Source: Myxococcota bacterium (lineage in GTDB: Bacteria; Myxococcota_A; UBA796; UBA2385). Taken from it: a stretch of DNA of 64,000 bases. Below the pieces are notes generated by a model. It was not told the DNA's origin. It saw only the letters and a program-made list of their open reading frames with translations, and ran no database searches. Shown here piece by piece: positions 58,344 through 64,000 of the stretch. Position 1 is the stretch's first letter. Every line of letters starts with the position of its first letter. A program made the position numbers and the translations under genes. The stretch lies in assembly GCA_044344255.1 (NCBI GenBank), contig JBIJDH010000015.1:64001-128000 (forward strand). The letters are read 5' to 3'.

Positions 58344-59389
58344 AGGAAGGGCAGGCTGCAGAGGCGGCGGCCGCGGGTGACGGGATCGACGGCGTGCAGG
58401 AGGGCGCAGGAGAAGACGAGCGCCGCCCCCTGGGGGGCGCGGTATCGAGCGGGGCCGTGCTCGGGGAAGCTCACGTCGCCGCCGTCGTAGTCGTCGGGCC
58501 CGACGCTGATCGAGCAGGCGAAGCGGCGGTGGGCCGTGCGCTGGCTCTGGTTGTCGCGGTGGGCGCCGAACCAGCCCTGGTCTTCCGCCTCGTAGGCGGC
58601 GAGCAGGTAGCGCTCCACCTCCGTGGCCTCAAATTGGAAGGCGAGGGCGACGGCGGGGATGACCCGCTGGACGACCGCGGCGTGCACGGCGGCGCGGAGC
58701 AGGGGCTCGGTGATGAGCAGGTCGCGGCGCCGCTTCCGGGCGCCGTCCACCACCATCCGCGCGCCGCCGTCGGCGAGGTTCTCCATCACGCCGGTGGGCT
58801 CGGGGCGCCCGGCCTCCCAGTAGCGGATGAGGTCTGCGCAGAGCGCCGGCTCGAGCACCCTCGGCAGCAGGAGGACCGGCGCCAGGCCGACGGGCGCGCA
58901 GAACGCGGGGGGCGCCGCGAGGCGACGGAGCACCGCGGCCACCTCGGCGGCGTGGGTGGCGGGGTGGGTGATCGGCAGGCGGGCGACCGCTCGCAGCGCG
59001 GCGTCGAAGACCCAGGTGACCGCGACGAGGCGGGTGGGGGCGCCCGCCACGGCGACGAAGAGCCCGAGCGCCTCGCCGAGCCGCCGGTCGAGGTCGAGGA
59101 TGAGCTGGCGCCCGGGCCGATCGGGCGGGGCGCGGCCTGGGGCGGCGTCGGCGGGATCCTGGCTCACCAGAAAGAGCCGCGCGGCCTGCCCGTCGAAGAG
59201 CTCGGCCTCCGCTTCGAAGCCGCGCAGCAGCGCCCCCACCGCGGGGTGTCCGACGGAGCCCGGACAGCTGAAGGCGACCGGCCGCCCCGCGGCGCCCGAC
59301 AGGGCGAAGGGCTGGCCCCCCGCGGCCTGGACGATCAGCCAGGGCAGCGGATCGCCAGGAGCCCGCACGGCAGCGTCCATCCTTGACAT
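58274..59389 (-). CDS. 2OG-Fe(II) oxygenase with degenerate peroxiredoxin-like N-terminal domain
   Basis: APVL..PRVLE..LC, KRRRD, HRDN, HRRFA, GG...FPE and FSC.LLH motifs. Confidence 0.85.
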   Translation of the reverse strand: MSRMDAAVRAPGDPLPWLIVQAAGGQPFALSGAAGRPVAFSCPGSVGHPAVGALLRGFEAEAELFDGQAARLFLVSQDPADAAPGRAPPDRPGRQLILDLDRRLGEALGLFVAVAGAPTRLVAVTWVFDAALRAVARLPITHPATHAAEVAAVLRRLAAPPAFCAPVGLAPVLLLPRVLEPALCADLIRYWEAGRPEPTGVMENLADGGARMVVDGARKRRRDLLITEPLLRAAVHAAVVQRVIPAVALAFQFEATEVERYLLAAYEAEDQGWFGAHRDNQSQRTAHRRFACSISVGPDDYDGGDVSFPEHGPARYRAPQGAALVFSCALLHAVDPVTRGRRLCSLPFLYDEAGERLRRSMNGLGAAPAAG

Positions 59390-59508
59390 CGGCGCACCTC
59401 CGGCGGACCACCCTATCCTCGGCCGGGCTCCGCACCCCTCGGCCGGTGACGGGCTACCTTGAGACCCGCTTCGATCGCAGCGATCGCCCGCGCGGCCCCG
59501 AGGTGACC

Positions 59509-62035
59509 ATGCCCCTGCCCCCCCCTTGGTGGAGCCGCCCCACGGCGGAGCTGGTCGCCGGGCTCTCCACGCCGAGGGGCCTCGATCCCGCCGAGGCCGC
59601 CGCCCGGCTCCGGCGAGACGGCCCCAACCGCGTCGTCGATCGCGCCGAGCGGAGCGCCTGGCGGGCCCTCTTCGCCCAGCTCGGCAACCCGCTCGTGCTG
59701 CTGCTGATCGTCGCCGCGCTGATCTCGCTCGCGGTGGGCGAGTGGGTGGACGCCGCGATCGTGCTCACCATCGTCTTCGTGAGCGCCGGGGTGGAGTGGT
59801 GGCAGGAGCGGCGGGCCGGAGAGGCCCTCGGCCGCCTCCGCGCGCGGGTCACCGTGCTCACCACGGTCGAGCGCGGCGGGGCGGCGCTCCAGGTGCCCGC
59901 CGAGGCGGTCGTGCGGGGTGACGTCGTGCGCCTGTCGGCCGGGAGCCTGATCCCCGCCGACGGCGTGGTGCTCGAGGCCCGCGACTTCTTCGTCAATCAG
60001 GCCAGCCTCACCGGAGAGACCTTCCCCGTCGAGAAGACCGCCGCGCCCTCACCGGCTGACGCCGCCCTCTCCGCCCGCACGAACGCGGTCTACCTCGGCA
60101 CGAACGTGCGCAGCGGCTCGGCGCGGATGCTCGTCGTCGAGACCGGCCGCGCCACGGTCTTCGGCGACATCGCGGCCCGCCTCGCCACCCCGACCGAGGA
60201 GACCGACTTCGAGCGGGGCCTCCGCGACTTCGGGCGCCTGCTCACCCAGGCGATGGCGGTCCTCGTCCTGCTCGTCTTCGCGGTCCACCTCTGGCTCGGC
60301 CGGCCCCTCGTCGACGGGCTCCTCTTCGCGATCGCGCTGGCGGTGGGCATCGCGCCCGAGCTCCTCCCCGCCGTGCTGCTCGTCAACCTCTCGCGCGGGG
60401 CGGAGCGGATGGCCGCGGCCGGGGTCATCGTGCGGCGCCTCGCCGCCATCGAAGACATCGGCAGCATGGACGTGCTGTGCACCGACAAGACGGGCACCCT
60501 CACCGTCGGCACCGTGCACCTGCAGGACGCGCTCGACCCCGAGGGCGCGGCCTCCCCCGAGGTCCTCCGCCTCGCCATCGTCAACGCCCGCTTGCAGACC
60601 GGCCTCGAGAACCCCCTCGACCTCGCCCTCTCCGCGCAGGATCCCGACGGGCCCCTCCCCGAGAAGATCGGCGAGATCCCCTACGACTTCCTCCGTAAGC
60701 GGCTCACCGTGGTGGTGCGGCGCGAAGACGGCGCGGCCGAGCTCATCACCAAGGGGGCCCTCGAGTCGGTCCTGTCCGTCTGCGCCTTCATCGACAGCCC
60801 GACCGGCTTTGTCCGCCTCGACGAGGCCGGCCGCGCCGCGCTCCACGCGCGCCTCGTCGACTGGAGCGCCGAGGGGTCGCGGGTGCTCGGGGTCGCCCGC
60901 GGCACCGTGAAGGACCGCGGGCGATACAGCCGCGCCGACGAGGCCGACCTCATCTTCATGGGCTTCCTCCGCTTCGAAGACCCGCTCAAGGAGGGGGGTG
61001 CGCGAGGCCATCGGCGCCCTCGCCGCGCTGGGGGTCGGCCTGAAGGTCATCACCGGAGACAACCGATACGCCGCCGAGCACCTCCGAAAGGCCCTGTCCC
61101 TGCCCGAGGCCCCGGTGCTCACCGGTCACGACCTCCTCCAGATGTCCGACGAGGCCCTCGGCCACCACGTCGAGGCCACGCAGGTCTTCGCCGAGGTCGA
61201 TCCCAATCAGAAGGAGCGCATCATCCGCGCCCTCCAGCGGCGCAGCCACGTCGTGGGCTACCTCGGCGACGGCATCAACGACGCGCCGGCCCTGCACGCC
61301 GCCGACGTGGGCCTCTCGGTAGAGGGGGCGGTCGACGTGGCCAAGGAGGCCGCCGACTTCGTCCTCCTGTCGCCTGACCTCGACGTGCTGCGCGCGGGTG
61401 TGATCCAAGGGCGGACCACCTTCGCCAACACGATGAAATACGTGATGACCACCGAGTCTGCCAATCTCGGAAATATGCTCTCGATGGCGGCGGCGTCCTG
61501 GTTCTTGCCCTTCCTGCCCTTGCTCGCCAAGCAGATCCTCCTCAACAATTTCCTGTCCGACTTTCCGGCGATGGCGATGGCCTCGGACACCGTAGACGAG
61601 GAGCTCATTCGCCGCCCCCAGCGTTGGGATGTGGCCGGCATTCGTCGTTTCATGATCTTCTTCGGGCTCATCTCCTCGGTCTTTGACGGCCTCACCTTCT
61701 TCGTGCTGCTCCACGTCGCCCGCGCGAGCGAGGTGGGCTTCCGCACCGCCTGGTTCGTCGAGTCACTCCTCTCGGAGCTGGCGGTGGCCCTCGTCATCCG
61801 CACCCGCCGCCGCGCCTGGCAGAGCCGCCCCGGCAAGGCCCTCTGGTGGAGCTCGGTCGTCGTCGCCGCCGTGGCCATCGCGCTCCCCTACCTGCCCGGC
61901 GCCGACCGCCTCGGCTTCGCCCCGATGCCCCCGGCCCTGCTCGCGACCGTCCTCGGGGTCACGGCCGCCTACGTGGTCACCGTCGAGGTGGGCAAGGTGG
62001 TGTTCTACCGTTGGCTGTTCGTGGACCGGCCCTGA
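59509..62035 (+). pseudogene. mgtA: Magnesium-translocating P-type ATPase, frameshifted near 60993-60998
   Basis: TGE, PELLP, DKTGTLT and KGA lie in one frame; TGD, GDGINDAP and N.GNM.SM lie in another. The break is in a G6 run within DPLKE-GV. Confidence 0.85.
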
Positions 62036-62065
62036 CGCCCAGAGACCCGGACGGATAGCGCTGGT

Positions 62066-64000
62066 ATGATGAACGCCTTCCTTCACAAGTCCGTCCACAG
62101 TCAGCCCGCCGAGCAGATCGCCGACCTGATGGAGTGCCTCTCGGCGATCCCCGCGAAGGGGCCCATCCGATTGCCGCAGGTCAAGGCGTTGCAGGGCGGC
62201 TTGAGAGGCGTCCTTCGCCTCCGGGACGGTCACTATCGCGCCTTCTTCCATGTTGAGGATGTGGAGGGCGAGGGTGTAGACGGCGAAGGTGTAGAGTCCA
62301 CGCGTCGCACCGTCTGGATCCACGCGCTCGTGCCGCGAAGGGATGCCTATCGCCAGGCGGGGCCGCAGCAGCGAGTTGAACGTTGGCTGAAGACCAACCC
62401 TCGGAGCGTAGACGGGTACGTTCGTCGTGCGGTGCCCGTGTTGGGTCCGACCGTCCTCGGTTCACCCGTTGTCCTCCCTTATGTCCTCCCTTGGCTCAGT
62501 GAGCGGCAGGGTGACCTGTTGGAAGCGATCAGCGCAGGCGCAGGCGCTGGCGCCGAGAGGCGGAGCTTCTTGCACCTCGCGGTCGGGCCGCCGGGGAGCG
62601 GCAAGACTGTCGTCGCTATCGAAGCCGCGCGGGAGGCCTGGCTCCGCGACGCCGATGTGCTGTTCCTCGTCCCCTCCAGCCGCTTGGTGCGGCAGGTCCG
62701 GGATGCGCTGGTGGACGGCGAGCGCCTCGCGCCAGAGCCATTCGGCGCAGGCGCTCCATCGAGCGCACCCCAGGTCTGGGTTGAGCGTGTTCAGGACTTC
62801 TTTCGTTCCTTCGGGCGGGCCCGTGAGCCCGACGGTTGGGTCGCAAATTGGCTGCGGCGCGCCTACCAGCTCCCGGCCCTCCAGCGCTGGAGGGCTGAAC
62901 ATCCGACCGCGTCGGGCCCCCGCTTCGTCGAGCTCGTGGACGCGGTCCTGTTCGATGAGCAGGCGACAGGCACCAAAGAGAAGGACGCCCTGTCCAATCA
63001 GGATGACAAACTTCGAAGGGCGCTGGAGGCGCTCGAGGGGCCCGCGCTGCGGGCTGCGCTCGGAGGTTGCCGACCCCCCGACCGCGCGCTTCGGTGGGAG
63101 CGGGCCCGCGCCACCTTGGACCCGCTTCGGCACCTTCATCGGGGGCGAGAGCTCTTGATCCTCGTCGACGAAGCTCAGGACCTTGCCCCCGGTGAGTGGC
63201 AGACGCTGGTGAAGGCGGCGTGGCACCGAAGCGCGCGGGGCGGCCCTCGAACCACCCTCGCCCTGTTCGGGGATGAGAACCAGCGGATCACACCCTCTGC
63301 TTTTTCCTGGTCTGACGTTCAGGACTTCACGAGCGGGCTGGCTCCAGAGCTCGGCCGTGGCGGGGGGCATCGAAGGGTGAGCCTCCCCGGTTCGCACCGA
63401 ACCCCGGCCAACATCGCCCGTGCGGCGGCCTCCCTCATGGACGGCTCCCTCGTCGGGGGTCGCCACCGCCGAGCGGAGACCGCGGATCCCGAGCGCCTTC
63501 AGCCTGGCGGATTGGTGCTTGTCCACGTGTGTGACGCCCCCGAGGCGCTCCTGCACGAGGCGGCGAGCACCGCCTTCCGAGGTCGAGACCGCGACGACCG
63601 CGTCGTCGTCCTCCCGGTGTCGGAGGGCCCGCTCGGGCCGCACCTCGACGCGCTCGCGGTCGAGGAGGCGAAGGGCTTGGAGTGGCCGGCGGTGGTGTTG
63701 CTCGGGCTCTTCGGGGACGGGGTAGACTTCGATGCCCGTGCTCGGGCCTATACGCGCCTCACCCGCGCATGGTGCCAGGTGCTCATCCTCCTCCGGCCAG
63801 AAGAGTGGGAACGTGTCGGCGGTGTCTGGACGGAGGCGGGTGTTCCCCACCGAACGGTAGGCGCTGAGCACCTCCCCGCGGTGCTCGTGGGCTTCATCGA
63901 CACCAGCGGCCACGCGCAGCGGACGTCGGAGCGGGTCTCTCGAATCGAGAGCCTCATCGAACAAGCGGAGAGCGGGGGCGAGCCATTCCCCTTGGAGGTC
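62066..64000 (+). CDS. RelE-like domain fused to a superfamily 1 (UvrD-like) helicase (partial, runs off right edge)
   Basis: Manual translation, open for 645 codons: VKALQG...LRLRDGHYRAFF...VWIHALVPRRDAY; GPPGSGKT (62585), VDEAQD, GDENQ, SHR, AKGLEW, LTRA. Confidence 0.85.
   Translation, partial: MMNAFLHKSVHSQPAEQIADLMECLSAIPAKGPIRLPQVKALQGGLRGVLRLRDGHYRAFFHVEDVEGEGVDGEGVESTRRTVWIHALVPRRDAYRQAGPQQRVERWLKTNPRSVDGYVRRAVPVLGPTVLGSPVVLPYVLPWLSERQGDLLEAISAGAGAGAERRSFLHLAVGPPGSGKTVVAIEAAREAWLRDADVLFLVPSSRLVRQVRDALVDGERLAPEPFGAGAPSSAPQVWVERVQDFFRSFGRAREPDGWVANWLRRAYQLPALQRWRAEHPTASGPRFVELVDAVLFDEQATGTKEKDALSNQDDKLRRALEALEGPALRAALGGCRPPDRALRWERARATLDPLRHLHRGRELLILVDEAQDLAPGEWQTLVKAAWHRSARGGPRTTLALFGDENQRITPSAFSWSDVQDFTSGLAPELGRGGGHRRVSLPGSHRTPANIARAAASLMDGSLVGGRHRRAETADPERLQPGGLVLVHVCDAPEALLHEAASTAFRGRDRDDRVVVLPVSEGPLGPHLDALAVEEAKGLEWPAVVLLGLFGDGVDFDARARAYTRLTRAWCQVLILLRPEEWERVGGVWTEAGVPHRTVGAEHLPAVLVGFIDTSGHAQRTSERVSRIESLIEQAESGGEPFPLEV

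Noticed and set aside
59383..59420. TTGACA upstream of mgtA as a promoter, or a Mg2+ riboswitch leader
   Set aside because: The nearest -10-like hexamer (TATCCT) is about 25 nt away, and I recognised no leader peptide or riboswitch.
62462..63964. 500-aa minus-strand ORF
   Set aside because: It is the antisense shadow of the plus-strand RelE-helicase ORF, which carries ordered helicase motifs.

Overview
This is a very GC-rich bacterial window. Its Cys-rich and vWA lipoproteins, MopE-type repeats, Ser/Thr kinases and Myxococcus-type LexA box suggest Myxococcota or related delta-proteobacteria (inference). About 53 CDS can be supported; I saw no rRNA, tRNA, CRISPR array or integrase. Bases 1-32 kb are mostly housekeeping and envelope genes (plsY, bamD, HtrA protease, RluD-like synthase, selA, hisS, mqnD, kinases). 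Four accessory elements stand out. (1) A ~5.1-kb island (32.7-37.8 kb) is bracketed by a 46-bp duplication of the 3' end of a cysteine-motif-less radical-SAM-like gene. It carries an ABC/AAA ATPase plus TOPRIM-like pair (candidate anti-phage system) and a MopE/FG-GAP lipoprotein. (2) A ~13-kb trans-AT polyketide accessory cassette (46.3-59.4 kb) has glutarimide-type ACP and amidotransferase, AT-ER, a stand-alone TE and an export module, but no ketosynthase. It is flanked by a TauD-fold enzyme whose HxD iron motif is HxG, the halogenase signature. (3) mgtA is frameshifted. (4) A RelE-like domain is fused to an SF1 helicase that runs off the right edge and is absent from the ORF track. All family assignments come from motif recognition by eye, not database searches.
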